Below are positions 18,424-30,400 of a DNA stretch of 64,000 nucleotides, in pieces. Each line of letters begins with the position of its first letter. Positions within the stretch are counted from its first letter, which is position 1. The notes beneath the pieces were generated by a model. It ran no database searches. It saw nothing but the letters and a program-made list of their open reading frames with translations, and was not told the DNA's origin. The position numbers were made by a program, and so were the translations under genes. Source of the stretch: Thermoanaerobaculia bacterium (lineage in GTDB: Bacteria; Acidobacteriota; Thermoanaerobaculia; UBA5066); NCBI GenBank assembly GCA_963719225.1, contig CAVRAY010000001.1, positions 544,001 through 608,000 on the forward strand, in the 5' to 3' direction.

Positions 18424-21400
18424 ATGACGAAACCTCGCCGCCCCTTCACCCTTCCGATCACCGTGAGGAAGGCGTGCGCCTTCCTGCTTCTCTTCGCGAT
18501 GATCTTCGGCGGAGCGGGGACCCTCCAGGGGGCGACGAGAACCGAAGGGTTGGACCCCCTTCGCCAGATCACCGCACAGCTCCTCCGCGCGAACCTCCTC
18601 ATCCTCCAGGACGTCAGCGGCTCGATGCGGTGGGACGTGCACGCCCACTCCCTCATCGAAGACGAGGATTCCGTCGGCCGGCTCGTCTGGAGCGTCACGT
18701 GCCTCGACGGGAACCCCGGCCCGACGCCGACGCCCACCGTCACGCCGACCGAGACGCCGACGCAGACCCCCACGATCACACCGACCTCCACGGAAACGGC
18801 GACCCCCACGCCAACCCCGACGTCGACGCCGACCGAGACGTCCACGCCGACGTTCACGCCGACTCTCACGCAGACACCGACGGAGACGCCGACCCCCACC
18901 CCGACGTTCACGCCGACCGTGACGCCGACCTCGACGGTCACGCCCACGCTGACACCCTCGGGAACGCCGACGTTCACGCCGACGGTGACGCCGACCTGGA
19001 CGGCCTCGAACACGCCCACCGTGACACCGACCAGTACGCTCACGGGGACGCCGACGAATACCCCGACCGTGACGCCGACGAGCACGCCGTCGCGGACGCC
19101 GACGATCACACGGACGCCCACGCGGACGCCCACGGTTACCCGGACGCCCACGATCACGCGGACGCCGACGCGGACCCCCACCAGAACGAGGACGCCGACG
19201 CGGACGCCCACGAACACGCCGTCGCGGACGCCGTCGCGGACCCCCACGCCCACGAACACGCCCACGGCGCTGCCGACGGGGACGCCGACGAACACGCCGA
19301 CGGCGACGCCGACGGGAACGCCCACGAATACGCCCACCGTGACCCCCACGGGGACGCCGACGGGCACGCCGACGGTGACGCCGACGCCCACGAACACGCC
19401 CACGGTCACTCCGACCTCGACGGTGACGCAGACGCCGACGGTCACCCGGACGCCGACGCGCACGCCCACACCGACGGTCACGCCGACGTTGACGCCGACC
19501 CCGACCGTCACGCCGACGGGAACACCGACGAGGACGCCGACGATCACGCCCACGTCGACGATCACGCCGACCGTGACGCCGACGAATACGCCCTCGTTCA
19601 CGCCGACGCGCACGCCGACGCTGACGCCGACGCCGACGCGGACTCCGACGTTGACGCCGACCGTCACGCCGACCGGCACTCCGACGTCGACGCCGACGCC
19701 GACGACGACGCCGTCGAGTACGCCAACGCGGACGCCCACCTTCACCGAGACGCCGACGGCCACGCCCACGACCACGCCGACGCGGACTCCGACGGTCAAG
19801 ATCAACGAGCTCGGGGTTCCGAGAAACCCGCTCGTGAAGCCGGACGATCGCCAGCCGGTCCAGGCCGCGGCGGGACGGCATGGCCTGCCTGAGCCGGTCG
19901 CGCTCGTCGCGTGGAACGGATCGCGTCCGGGGCCCAGGAACCTGGCTTCGGATTCCGACTCGTTCGAGACCCTTCTCCCGCGCGAGCCTCATGGAGTCTC
20001 GATGGGCATCGCAGCTCTCATGGCCGCCGCCACGCCCACTCCCACGCCGATCGCGGCCGGCCTCGGATGCCACCGCTGGCGCTACGCGCTCCGGTGGGAG
20101 GAGCCCTCGCGCCTCGCGATCCTCAAGAACGTCCTGGGCAATTCCGTGACGACGTACACGGACTACAAGGCGCCCGGGAACGGGGACCAGGACGACTGGC
20201 CGGATCCGATCGCCCACAGCGAAATCCCGAACGCATGGAGATATACGGCCCCCTCACAGCCGACGGTGGGAATCTACGATCACGACTGTGGAGTCGGGCT
20301 GCCGGCCTGTGCGGCGCCGACCGCGACGGACGTCGAAGGCGAGCGGCCGGGAATCTACTACTCGAAGGGAACCTGGAACTGGCCCGACCCGAACTCGCCG
20401 TTCCTGTCCTCCGCATACGACTCGGCGCATCCTCCGATCTACCACCCGGGCGCCGATACGACGGGGTCGCTCATTTACGAGGATGCCCCGGTAGACCTCT
20501 TTGGGAATCCGCTCCCGCCGACGGTCTTCCTGGCCGCGCCGTATGGAACCGCCGGGACGTACGACGGCTGGGCCTGGACGTTGAACTACGGCTACGGGCC
20601 CGCTCCGAACAACGACATCGTCTACGGTCCCGATCCCGGTCCGCCCCTGACGCTCATGGACGAGACGACGGACAATTCATGCGGACTGGGATGCGGGAAC
20701 TCCATCCCGCAAGTGACGGGTACACCACTCTCCTTCCCGTCGACGTGGACGACCCGAGGAGGGGGCCTCCTCGGGGCGCAGACGCAGACATCGAAGCCGA
20801 ACGATCCGGCCGTGACCCTGTTCGCCGGCACCAACCAGCCCTCCTGGACCGTGAACCTCCACCGCGATGTCGTGGGCACGACGAAAGACGTCGTGAACTG
20901 GGGCCTCATGACGTACTACAGTCTCGGCACAACCCCCGCAAGCGCGGTTTATGACCCAAAAGTGACTGTCACGACCATCGACACTGGTCCCGGAGACGTT
21001 ACGGCCATCGAGGGCTTCATGCGCCTGAGGTACTCCAACTCGATGCCGTATCCGGGCCTCGCGGTGAACGGCGGGACGCCCACGAAGGGTGCTATCGGCG
21101 CCGCGGATTCCTCCCTCAACGCGACGTGGGACCTGGACCCGAAGAAGGCGTGCAACCGGGCCTACGGAATCATCATGTGCACGGACGGCCAGTCGAACGT
21201 CACCAACACGGGCAGCCTGCCGGATTCCTTCTGGGACTCGACGACGACGCCGTGCGCCCCGGACGTCAACGGGCTCGACTTCGACAAGTTCCCACCGGGC
21301 GCCGCGGAGCTCGCGTACCTGAACGCGCACCAGGCGGGGCCGGGCGACGCCGTCATCCGCACGCGGACGTTCGCGATCGGAATCTCGTCCGACATCTCGC

Positions 21401-23826
21401 GGTGCGAGCTGAACCGCACCGCCTACCGCGGCCGCACGGATGCGAACGCGAAGAAGAGGGACGCCGGGTTCGTCCTCTACGATCCGACTGACCCGCCGGT
21501 CCTGCGCGGGGACGTCCGCTTGCCGCACATCAACCCCGCTCCCGATATCGCTGGGACGACGGTTCCTACGAACGAGAGCGGACCGGGAAGCCCGCCTGCG
21601 CCGAACCGGTTCGGTCCGGACCAGACTCCTGCGGACAACAGGGACTACGCTTTCTTCGCGAGCGACGCCCGCGCCCTCTTCGACGCCTTCCTCGCGATCG
21701 TGCGAGGCTCGGCGAGCGGCGACTACACGACGAGCGCCCCCGTCTCGGGCGCGGCCGTCAGCCTCGGGAACACGGTCGTCCTGACCTCGGCGACGTACCC
21801 GCTCTGGCAGGGCCACATCTATGCGAAGGACACGACGAACCCGCTCGCGATCGTCGATCTCTGGGATGCGGGAGACGTCCTGAAGAACCCGTCTCAGCCA
21901 TGGCATCCGACGCCCGCGAACCGGGAGCTCTATACGTGGGATCCGGTCACGGGCACCCTGATCCCGATCATCGCGGGCAATGCCGGGACCATCGACGCCC
22001 TGTGCGGCGGCTGCGGGATCACGGCCACTGTCGTCGATTTCATGCGTGGAATCGACACGCGGGTTCAGATTTTTGACGATACCCTGAAGACGTGGGTGGC
22101 CAATCCAAATTTTGGACTTCCGCGCAACTGGCTCCTGGGCCCGTCCATCAACGTGACGCCCGCGATCGTGGGCGCCGCGCAGCAGTACTTCCAGGCGGGC
22201 AACGTCCAGAACCACAAGCCTTTCGAGGCGGCGTATGCGACGCGGCGTGCGATCGCGTGGCTCGGCGCCGACGACGGGTTCCTGCACGCATTCGATTTCG
22301 GGGACAAGACCAACCCGGGGGACGGCGCCGAGGTGCTCGGCCTCCTGCCGCCGAACCAGATCGCGAACCAGGTCACGCTCTACAACACCTTCCTCGATCC
22401 GGACCCGCAGATCTCGACGGACACGGGGCAGAACGCCGGCTTCCTGTTCGAGGAGCACACCTGGGGCATCGCGAGCTCCCTGAGGTTCGCGGACGTGTGG
22501 TTCGGCGCTCCGACGAACGCCTACAAGACGGTCGGATTCCTCACCGAGGGACCGGGAGGCGACCTCATCGCGGCGATCGACATCACGCACCCCTATGGGA
22601 ATCTGCTGGCGAGGCCGTCCGTCTCGCCGGACCCGAACTACGGCTCGTTCATCGGCCCGAACGCGGGGAGGCCGGTCGACATCCTCTGGACGAAGAGCTC
22701 GGCGGACTACGCCGGCCTCTTCGGCTCCTGGAGCGTCCCGGCCGTCGCGAACGACACGTTCTCGACGAGCAAGATGACGTTCGGCGCCGGCATCAACCCG
22801 ACGAGCCTCTACAACGCGCAGCAGGACGCGAACGTCTTCGTCGTCGATCCGGTGGACGGCACGCTCCAGTCGACGACCGTGGTCGCGCCCCAGGCGGTGC
22901 CGGCCCCGCTCGTCGGCCACCAGACGTTCACCGATTCGATCCTCTTCCAGACGAACGCCCCGGGCTTCCAGAACGACAACCTGGCGAATCTCTCGCTCCA
23001 GGGCGACACGAACGGCCGCGTCAACGCGCTCTTCGGGAACTGGTCGGCTCCGACCCCGAGCGTCCTCATCGACCTCAACGCCGCCGTGGGAGGCTTCCCG
23101 CAGCCGCTCTACTATTCGCCCGCCGCGAACGGAATCGGAACGCTCGGCTTCCAGGTCTACGCTCTCGCGAGCGGCAGCTTCTACGAGACGAGCCCGGCCG
23201 TCTCGGGGTGGAACGTGAACCGGATCGGACCCCCTCCCGTCTCCGCGCCCCCGTCTCCGAGCGACTATCCCAGCACGCTCCCCGTCTTCACTCCGACGCT
23301 TTTCGTCGCGACGAACCCGTACAAGATCACCGATCCCCTCTTCGGCACGACGCCGCTCGGTTCGGGAGCCCTGGCGCCGCACGTCATCAGCAAGGTCATC
23401 GGCGGCGAGAGCACCGGAATTCCGCTCCAGGTGACCGATCCGACATACGTGGCGGGTATCCATACGCGTCTCGGCATCCACACGCAGGTCACCTCGTCGC
23501 CGCTTCTCGTCGGGAACGTGACGTCGTCGAAACAGCACGTCTTCTTCACCGTCTTCGATCCCGACTACGGCTGCAACGGGTACTCGTACGTCATCGACGT
23601 CGAGTTCACGATCTCGGCGGGAGCCCCGCCGGCCTTCAGCGCGACGACTGTCTACGCCGCCGGCGCGGGAGCCGCGTCCGGGTTCGTCGTGACCGAGAAC
23701 GGCGCGTTCATCGGACAGAGCGGCGTCGGAAAGAACGAGGCGACGCTCATCCAGGTCAACATACCGAAACCTTCCCTGCCTGGCGCGCCGCACTTCCAAC
23801 CCACGTGGTGGAACCAGAAGAGCTAA
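18424..23826 (+). CDS. PilY1-like tip adhesin (vWA + Thr-Pro tract + beta-propeller)
   Basis: Signal peptide; MIDAS elements DVSGSM, GGTPT and CTDGQSN; NWGLMTY; [11 protein letters not shown]; follows PilX. Confidence 0.85.
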   Translation: MTKPRRPFTLPITVRKACAFLLLFAMIFGGAGTLQGATRTEGLDPLRQITAQLLRANLLILQDVSGSMRWDVHAHSLIEDEDSVGRLVWSVTCLDGNPGPTPTPTVTPTETPTQTPTITPTSTETATPTPTPTSTPTETSTPTFTPTLTQTPTETPTPTPTFTPTVTPTSTVTPTLTPSGTPTFTPTVTPTWTASNTPTVTPTSTLTGTPTNTPTVTPTSTPSRTPTITRTPTRTPTVTRTPTITRTPTRTPTRTRTPTRTPTNTPSRTPSRTPTPTNTPTALPTGTPTNTPTATPTGTPTNTPTVTPTGTPTGTPTVTPTPTNTPTVTPTSTVTQTPTVTRTPTRTPTPTVTPTLTPTPTVTPTGTPTRTPTITPTSTITPTVTPTNTPSFTPTRTPTLTPTPTRTPTLTPTVTPTGTPTSTPTPTTTPSSTPTRTPTFTETPTATPTTTPTRTPTVKINELGVPRNPLVKPDDRQPVQAAAGRHGLPEPVALVAWNGSRPGPRNLASDSDSFETLLPREPHGVSMGIAALMAAATPTPTPIAAGLGCHRWRYALRWEEPSRLAILKNVLGNSVTTYTDYKAPGNGDQDDWPDPIAHSEIPNAWRYTAPSQPTVGIYDHDCGVGLPACAAPTATDVEGERPGIYYSKGTWNWPDPNSPFLSSAYDSAHPPIYHPGADTTGSLIYEDAPVDLFGNPLPPTVFLAAPYGTAGTYDGWAWTLNYGYGPAPNNDIVYGPDPGPPLTLMDETTDNSCGLGCGNSIPQVTGTPLSFPSTWTTRGGGLLGAQTQTSKPNDPAVTLFAGTNQPSWTVNLHRDVVGTTKDVVNWGLMTYYSLGTTPASAVYDPKVTVTTIDTGPGDVTAIEGFMRLRYSNSMPYPGLAVNGGTPTKGAIGAADSSLNATWDLDPKKACNRAYGIIMCTDGQSNVTNTGSLPDSFWDSTTTPCAPDVNGLDFDKFPPGAAELAYLNAHQAGPGDAVIRTRTFAIGISSDISRCELNRTAYRGRTDANAKKRDAGFVLYDPTDPPVLRGDVRLPHINPAPDIAGTTVPTNESGPGSPPAPNRFGPDQTPADNRDYAFFASDARALFDAFLAIVRGSASGDYTTSAPVSGAAVSLGNTVVLTSATYPLWQGHIYAKDTTNPLAIVDLWDAGDVLKNPSQPWHPTPANRELYTWDPVTGTLIPIIAGNAGTIDALCGGCGITATVVDFMRGIDTRVQIFDDTLKTWVANPNFGLPRNWLLGPSINVTPAIVGAAQQYFQAGNVQNHKPFEAAYATRRAIAWLGADDGFLHAFDFGDKTNPGDGAEVLGLLPPNQIANQVTLYNTFLDPDPQISTDTGQNAGFLFEEHTWGIASSLRFADVWFGAPTNAYKTVGFLTEGPGGDLIAAIDITHPYGNLLARPSVSPDPNYGSFIGPNAGRPVDILWTKSSADYAGLFGSWSVPAVANDTFSTSKMTFGAGINPTSLYNAQQDANVFVVDPVDGTLQSTTVVAPQAVPAPLVGHQTFTDSILFQTNAPGFQNDNLANLSLQGDTNGRVNALFGNWSAPTPSVLIDLNAAVGGFPQPLYYSPAANGIGTLGFQVYALASGSFYETSPAVSGWNVNRIGPPPVSAPPSPSDYPSTLPVFTPTLFVATNPYKITDPLFGTTPLGSGALAPHVISKVIGGESTGIPLQVTDPTYVAGIHTRLGIHTQVTSSPLLVGNVTSSKQHVFFTVFDPDYGCNGYSYVIDVEFTISAGAPPAFSATTVYAAGAGAASGFVVTENGAFIGQSGVGKNEATLIQVNIPKPSLPGAPHFQPTWWNQKS
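18721..19797 (+). repeat. Low-complexity (TPTx)n coding repeat, ~359 codons
   Basis: Continuous ACG-CCG-ACN-NNN units encoding TPTx. Confidence 0.97.
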
Positions 23827-23867
23827 GCGCCGGGGGGCGGGACGAAACCTTCGGCTAGACTCCGCGC

Positions 23868-25106
23868 GTGGTCGCGGGGGCGAGGCCGTTCCTCAAGGAG
23901 AGTGGGTTCTCCGTGCGAGAGCTCACTCTCTCGCTCCTTCTCCTGGGGGTCGTCATCGTCGTCGCGGTCAGGCTGATCGACCTCAGGACGAAGCTCCTCC
24001 TCGTCGAAAAGGACGTTCCCGGCACGGCCGGAGTTCTGGACGTCGCCGTTCGCCTGATCTCGCGTGATCTCGAGAGCGCCGTTCACGGCGGCGTCGCCCG
24101 TTCCGAGGCCGTGCGCCCGGTCGAGGACAACACGAGCGCCGCGGGCGTCACCTCGTACCGCGACGCCGCGGGAGGAGCCGTGGCGGTTCGCCCCGGCACC
24201 GACCAGCTGCGCCTTCGAGGCGTGATTCGGTCGCCCCGGCTCGACGTGGAGTCCCCGCTGGACGGTGCGGGCGTCCCGGACCGGATCCTGAAGAACGCCT
24301 CCTCGGTGCCTCTCCGGGCCGGTCCGCCGGCGGGGGACCGTGACGCGACGAGAAGCCTTCAGTCCGTGATCGAGCATCTCGGAGACCCCGCGCGGCGCTC
24401 GAAGCGTTTCTTTCTCGTGATCGATGCTTCGGGTCGCCATGCCGCCGCGCTCGTCAAATCGTGGAGTCGTGCTCCCGCCCCGGGCCAGACTCTGGAGCTT
24501 CTCCTCGACTTCACGGATTCGGACGCGGTCGGTCTGAACCCGGGCGGCGAAGCGGGTGCCGCCCGCTCGCTCTCGCGGGTGGTGAGCGGGGGGGTCCTGG
24601 ACGACCTCGTATGGTTCGCGGCCCAGGGTCCTGAAGGGCAGCCTCCGGATTACGACGCAACCCGCGATCCGCCGTCGTTGAGGTTTCCCCATCCTTACCT
24701 GGCGGTCGCCGCGTTCGCGGGCGAGGGCCGCTGGGAGATCGCGCGCGTGGGCGAGGACCTCGAGGATCTCCAGGTCGCCTGGGGGCTCGGCGGCGCGGGA
24801 GGCGCGCTCGTGTGGCGGGGAGACGTCCCCGGGAGCCCGGCGCCGAAGGTGGAAGAGCTCGTGGACGCCGCCGGGAAGCCGCTTCTCGCCTCTCTCAAGA
24901 TCGCGATGACGGCCAAGGCGGAGCACCGCTACGTTCGGGGCGACGGTCCGCCGCCACCCCTGGATTTCGCTCCGCTCCTGAACGCGCCCGCGCCCGACCC
25001 TCAGCGCGGCTTCGGGCCGGTGGGTTGGAGCGCCGACGAGAGCCGGCGCATCCCGTTCGAGCGAACGACGCGCGAGGTCGTCATCCCGACTTCGGTCGGG
25101 CCGTGA
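23868..25106 (+). CDS. Second, divergent PilW-like pilin-leader protein
   Basis: ESG|FSVRELTLSLLLL; EDLEDLQVAWG resembles the 16370 protein. Confidence 0.7.
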   Translation: MVAGARPFLKESGFSVRELTLSLLLLGVVIVVAVRLIDLRTKLLLVEKDVPGTAGVLDVAVRLISRDLESAVHGGVARSEAVRPVEDNTSAAGVTSYRDAAGGAVAVRPGTDQLRLRGVIRSPRLDVESPLDGAGVPDRILKNASSVPLRAGPPAGDRDATRSLQSVIEHLGDPARRSKRFFLVIDASGRHAAALVKSWSRAPAPGQTLELLLDFTDSDAVGLNPGGEAGAARSLSRVVSGGVLDDLVWFAAQGPEGQPPDYDATRDPPSLRFPHPYLAVAAFAGEGRWEIARVGEDLEDLQVAWGLGGAGGALVWRGDVPGSPAPKVEELVDAAGKPLLASLKIAMTAKAEHRYVRGDGPPPPLDFAPLLNAPAPDPQRGFGPVGWSADESRRIPFERTTREVVIPTSVGP

Positions 25107-25156
25107 GGGGGAAAGGTGTAAAATACCGGGGCGAACACCCTCGGAAGGAGGTCTCG

Positions 25157-26053
25157 ATGCGACGGCTCCTGGTGGCGGTGGTTCTCGCGTGTCTCGCCGG
25201 CATCGCGGGAGCCGATGAGATCTGGCTCAGGGACGGTCGCCGGATCGTCACGAAAAAGCCTCTCGTCCAGAAAGGCAGCCTTGCGCTGCTCACGACGATG
25301 GACGGGGTCCTCATGTCGATCCCGCTTTCGGAGATCGACCTCGACAAGACGGCCGCCGAGAAGGCACGCCAGGCGGTGGCGACTCCCGTGCCCACGGCGA
25401 GCGTCCCGAAGCTCCTCACGCCCGCCGAGGCCGCCAGGCAGAAGAGCGGCCGCCGGGCGGCCGTCGTCCTCACGGACGACACCGTGGCGCACGGAATCGG
25501 CGAAGAGAGCGGCGGCGGGCAGAAGGAAGGCGAGGGCGAGGGCCGTGTCGACGTCGCGAACACTTCCGCCACGAAGACGAAGGACGGCTACTCTTTCTCC
25601 GGCTCCGTGATCAACGGCGGGGCCTCCGAGGTCTCCGGCGTCTCGGTCACGGTGGAGGTCGTCGGCAAGGATGGCAAGACGTCCTCCTCCGCGTTCGCGC
25701 AGTTGGCGAAGGACACGCTCGCGCCGGGCGAGAAGTCGACGTTCACGGCCTCGGCTCCGATGGAGGGCGAGGCGGCGTCGTACCGGTACATCCCCCGCTG
25801 GCAGGTCCGGATTCCGGTCAGAACGGCCACCGACTCGAAGGCACCCGAAGGCACGGCGCAGAAGCCCGAGACCGAAGCCGCGGCGGCGGCCGCGCCCGCC
25901 CCGACCCCGCCCCCGGTGCCCACGCTCGTGCCGATTCAGCGATCCGACGTCGCGCCGCCCGCGGCGAACGCTCCGACCGGAAATCCCGCCAGCGGCGCTT
26001 TCATTCCGCAGAACGACGTGACGAAGACGACGCCGAAACCTCCGGGCACCTGA
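25157..26053 (+). CDS. Secreted FxLYD-like Ig-domain protein
   Basis: AAGGAGG RBS, signal peptide, GSVINGG...VTVEVVGKDG...LAPGEKSTF, Pro-rich tail. Confidence 0.7.
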   Translation: MRRLLVAVVLACLAGIAGADEIWLRDGRRIVTKKPLVQKGSLALLTTMDGVLMSIPLSEIDLDKTAAEKARQAVATPVPTASVPKLLTPAEAARQKSGRRAAVVLTDDTVAHGIGEESGGGQKEGEGEGRVDVANTSATKTKDGYSFSGSVINGGASEVSGVSVTVEVVGKDGKTSSSAFAQLAKDTLAPGEKSTFTASAPMEGEAASYRYIPRWQVRIPVRTATDSKAPEGTAQKPETEAAAAAAPAPTPPPVPTLVPIQRSDVAPPAANAPTGNPASGAFIPQNDVTKTTPKPPGT

Positions 26054-26073
26054 TTCCGGGTCTTCGGACTCTG

Positions 26074-27435
26074 ATGGCCGCGGAGATCCTGCTCGTCGAA
26101 GACCGCGAGTCTCTCCGCGCGATGCTCGCGGAGACGTTGACACGAGAGGGCTACAGCGTCGAGGCCGTGGCGACCGGCGAAGAGGCGCTGCGCCGTCTCG
26201 CCGAAGGGCGCCGCTACACGCTCGTCCTCACGGACTTCAAGATGCCGGGCGCCGACGGCCTCGCCGTCCTTCGGGCGGCGACGGCGTCCGACGCCGCCAT
26301 GCCCGTCGTCGTCCTCACCGGGTTCGGAACCGTCGAAACGGCGGTCACGGCCATGAAGATGGGGGCGGCCGACTTCCTCAGCAAGCCGGTAGACCCCGAC
26401 CTCCTTCTCCTCCTCGTGGCGCGACACGTGCGCGCCCGGCGCTCGGCGGTCGCGCACTCTCTTCTCGCCGCCGAAGCGGGCCTCGCGGGAATGCCCGAGA
26501 TCGTGGGCACGTCTCAGGCGCTTGCCGAGGCCCTCGAACGGATCCGGGCGGCCGCCGCGTCGGACGTCACCGTCCTCCTGACGGGCGAGTCCGGCACCGG
26601 CAAGGAGCTGTTCGCCCGGGCCATGCACGCGCTCTCGCCACGGGCGCCGGGACCGTTCGTCGCCGTCAACGTCGCCGCCCTGCCTGAGAGCCTGGTCGAA
26701 AACGAGCTCTTCGGGCACGAGCGGGGCGCGTACACCGGCGCGAGCGAGCGGCGTGCGGGGCGTTTCGAGCTCGCCGACGGGGGCACGCTTTTTCTCGACG
26801 AGATCGGCGAGCTGCCACCCGCGGCCCAGGCCAAGTTCCTCAGGGCCGTGGAGGAGCGGACGTTTCTTCGCGTGGGCGGCACGGTGCCGATCGCGGTCGA
26901 CGTGCGGATCGTCACGGCCACGAACCGCGAGCTCGCCTCTCTCGTCAAGTCGGGGGCGTTCCGGGAGGACCTCTTTTATCGCCTCGACGTCTTCCCGGTG
27001 CGCCTGCCCCCGCTGCGCGCCCGGAAGGACGACATTCCGGCGCTCGCGAGCGTTTTCGCGGCCTCGGCGGCCCGCCAGGTCAAGAAGAAGACGCCGTCGT
27101 TCTCGCCCGCCGCGCTCGAGCGGCTCCAGGCGCACGACTGGCCGGGCAACGTGCGGGAGCTTCGAAACGTCATCGAGCGGGCCGTCCTCCTCGCGGCGGG
27201 AGAGGTCATCCGGCCGGCGGACGTCGTCGTGGGCGTTCCGGGCGAGACACAGCCGCGGTATCCCTCGCTCGACGGGACGCTCGAAGACACCGCGGAAAGG
27301 TGGCGGCGCGCGGGGGAGTCGGCGCGGATCCGGCGTTCGCTCGAGGCCACGGGAGGGGACAAAGCCCGTTCCGCCGAGGACCTCGGCGTGCCCCTCCGAA
27401 AGCTCGCGCAGAGGATGAAGGAGCTGGGAATCTGA
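26074..27435 (+). CDS. Sigma-54-dependent response regulator (PilR/NtrC/AtoC family)
   Basis: REC domain, GESGTGKE, ELFGHERGAYTGA, LFLDEIGE, WPGNVREL, C-terminal HTH. Confidence 0.95.
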   Translation: MAAEILLVEDRESLRAMLAETLTREGYSVEAVATGEEALRRLAEGRRYTLVLTDFKMPGADGLAVLRAATASDAAMPVVVLTGFGTVETAVTAMKMGAADFLSKPVDPDLLLLLVARHVRARRSAVAHSLLAAEAGLAGMPEIVGTSQALAEALERIRAAAASDVTVLLTGESGTGKELFARAMHALSPRAPGPFVAVNVAALPESLVENELFGHERGAYTGASERRAGRFELADGGTLFLDEIGELPPAAQAKFLRAVEERTFLRVGGTVPIAVDVRIVTATNRELASLVKSGAFREDLFYRLDVFPVRLPPLRARKDDIPALASVFAASAARQVKKKTPSFSPAALERLQAHDWPGNVRELRNVIERAVLLAAGEVIRPADVVVGVPGETQPRYPSLDGTLEDTAERWRRAGESARIRRSLEATGGDKARSAEDLGVPLRKLAQRMKELGI

Positions 27436-27468
27436 CTTCGCGCGTCTAGAATCGGACTCACGAAGTCG

Positions 27469-30400
27469 ATGAGGAAAAGCTCCCGCCCGCTCTTCGCCCT
27501 CGTTCTCCTCGCCTCTCCGGCTGCCGCTCGGACGGTTCCGGAATTCGACGCGTTCGCGGCAGCTTCGCCCGTGCGTCGCGCGCTCGCACTTCCGGCCGGC
27601 GACGTCGCCCGGCCCGGTACCGTCGTTCACGTCGAAGAACGCCTCGGTGTCCCGACGTTCCTCCAGCCCGCGCGCGCAGGGGAGAGCGGCCGACGCGCTC
27701 TCGCGCGAAAGGGCGTCGACGCCGAGAGCGTCGCCCGGGCGCACCTGCTCGACATCGCGCCGCTCTGGGGCCTCTCGGAGCCGGACGTTCTTTCGGCGCC
27801 GCTCGCGCAGATCCACGATACCGGGAAAGGGCCCATCGTCGTGCAGCTCCGCCAGGAGGCCTTCGGCGTGCCCGTCTTCCGGGACGAGATCCGCATCGCG
27901 ATGAACCGTGCGTACCAGCCCGTGGCGGTGGCGGGCTACCTTCCCTCGGTGGCGGGCCTTTCGGAGCCGGTCTTCGCGCTCGCCCCGGGTGACGCGCTCG
28001 TGCGGGCGCTGGCGGACTTCGGGGTCACGGGCCTGACGCCGGCTGACGTCGAGAATCTCGGCGCGGCGCCGGGCGGCTACGAGCGACTCGGCCTCGCGGG
28101 CGTGCGACACGGTCTGCTCGCAGCGCCGGTGCGGGCGAAGAAGGTCCTCTTCCACCTGCCGGGGCGCCTCGAGCCGGGCTGGTACCTCGAGATCGACGTC
28201 CCGAAGGAGCGAGCCGGCTCCGATCTCTACGCGGTCGTCCTCGCGGCGAAGGACGGAGCGCTCCTGTATCGCCATCGCCTCGCGGCGTCGGACGGCTTCT
28301 CGTACCGCGTGTGGGCCGAGCCGTCCGGGCTCAAGGTCCCCCTCAACGGGCCGCAGGGCCGGGGCGGCGATCCCTATCCCGGCACGACGCCGGACCGGTA
28401 TCAGGCTCCCTTCGTCGCGCCCTCTCTCGTGACGCTCGCCTCCGGACCGATCTCGACGAGGGACCCATGGCTCCCTCCGAGCGCGACCGAGACGAACGGC
28501 AACAACGTGGACGCGTACGCGGACCTCGCCGCGCCCGACGGATTCGGAGCCGGCGATTTCCGCGCGAACGTCACGGCGGCGGGCGTGTTCGACCGGACGT
28601 ACGACGTCACGCAGGAGCCGGGCGCGAGCGACGATCAGAGCAAGGCCGCCATCGCGCACCTCTTCTACGTCACGAATTTCCTTCACGACTGGTATTACGA
28701 CGTGGGCTTCAACGAGGTCGCGGGCAACGCGCAGGCGTCGAACTACGGCCGCGGCGGCATCGAGGGCGACGCGTTGCGCGCGGAGGCGCAGGACTACGAC
28801 GGGACGGACAACGCGGACATGACGACGCCGGCCGACGGCGGCCGGCCCCGGATGCAGATGTACGTCTGGTCGCCGAACGCCCGCCGCATCCTCACCGTGA
28901 CGGCTCCCGCGGCCGCTGCAAGAGTCGTCGACATCGGACTCGCGGACTTCGGCCCGGCTTCGTTCTCCATCGCGGGGACGGTCGTCATCGCGGTCGACGG
29001 GACGCCGCCGGCGTCCGACGCCTGCACCCCGATCACGAACGGCGCGGCTCTCGCTGGAAAGATCGCGCTCGTCGACCGGGGGACGTGCGCCTTCGTGATC
29101 AAGGTTGCGAACGCGCAGGCCGCCGGCGCGATCGGCGTGATCGTCGCGAACAACCAGGGAACGCTGTACTTCAACATGGGCGATTCCCCGGGGGCCACGA
29201 CCCTTCCCTACACGATCCCCGCGGTGTCCATCAGCACGCGGGACGGAAGCGTGCTCAAGTCGTTTCTCGCGCTCCAGGCCCTCACCGTGACGATCCAGCG
29301 CGAGGCCGCGGTGAAACGCGACGGGACGGTCGACAGCCAGATCGTCGCCCACGAGTGGGCGCATTACCTCTCGGACCGCCTCGTCGGAAACGCGAACGGC
29401 CTGAACGCGAACCAGTCGAGCGGCCTCGGCGAAGGCTGGAGCGACTTCAGCTCGCTTCTCCTGACGGTCCAGGCGGGCGACGCGGCGCTGCCGGGGAACT
29501 CGGGCTTCGGCGGCCTCTATCCCATGGGCGGCTACGTCTACGGCGGAGGCGACAACGGCTTCGTCTACAACACCGGCTGGTATTTCGGACTCCGGCGCTA
29601 CCCGTATTCGACGGACATGACGAAAGACCCGCTCACTTACAAGCACATCACGAACGGCGTCGCGCTTCCCACCGGAGTTCCGATCGCCCACCCGGACGAC
29701 GGCTCCTTCAACGCCGAGGCCCATGCGACGGGCGAGATCTGGACGACGATGCTCTGGGAATGCTACGCGGCGCTTCTCCGGGACACGGCTCGGCTCACGT
29801 TCGACCAGGCGCGCGACCGAATGCGCGCGTACTTCGTCGCCTCGCTCAAGGTCACGCCGCTCAACCCGACTCTTCTGGAGGCGCGCGACGCGCTTCTCGC
29901 GGTTGCGTTCGCGGCAGACCCGGACGACCACGCGCTTTTCCTCCGCGCGTTCGCGAAGCGCGGAGCCGGCCCGCGCGCCGCCACGGGCGACCGCTTCGAC
30001 CCGGACAACGCAGGAGCGGTGGAGAGCTTCGACGTCGGCGGCGATCTCGGTGTTGAGGCGGTCGCGGTGGACGACTCGATCGCTCCCTGCGACCGGGACG
30101 GCCGGCTGGACGCGGGCGAGACCGGGAATCTCACGCTCCTCGCGAAGAACCGCGGTCTTTTCCGGCTCTCGGGGACGCAGCTGACGGTCTCTTCCACGAA
30201 CCCCGCGGTTTCGTTCCCGGCGGGGACGACCGTCAGCGTCCCGACGACCGACCCGACGCAGTCGGCCGTCGTGTCGGTCCCTGTGAAGCTCGCCCCGGGC
30301 ACGGCCGGCATCCAGAGCCTCGGGTTCACGATCACGCTGCGCGACCCGAATCTCCTTGCCGACGCGACCGCGACCGTCTCGGTAAGGGGAAACGGCGACG

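Noticed and set aside
18192-19805. Antisense Val/Gly-rich ORF, or a CRISPR-like array
   Set aside because: It is the mirror of the Thr-Pro repeat and has no repeat-spacer structure.
21505-21513. RGD motif in PilY1
   Set aside because: A single tripeptide in 1800 aa is likely chance, and nothing suggests a host context.
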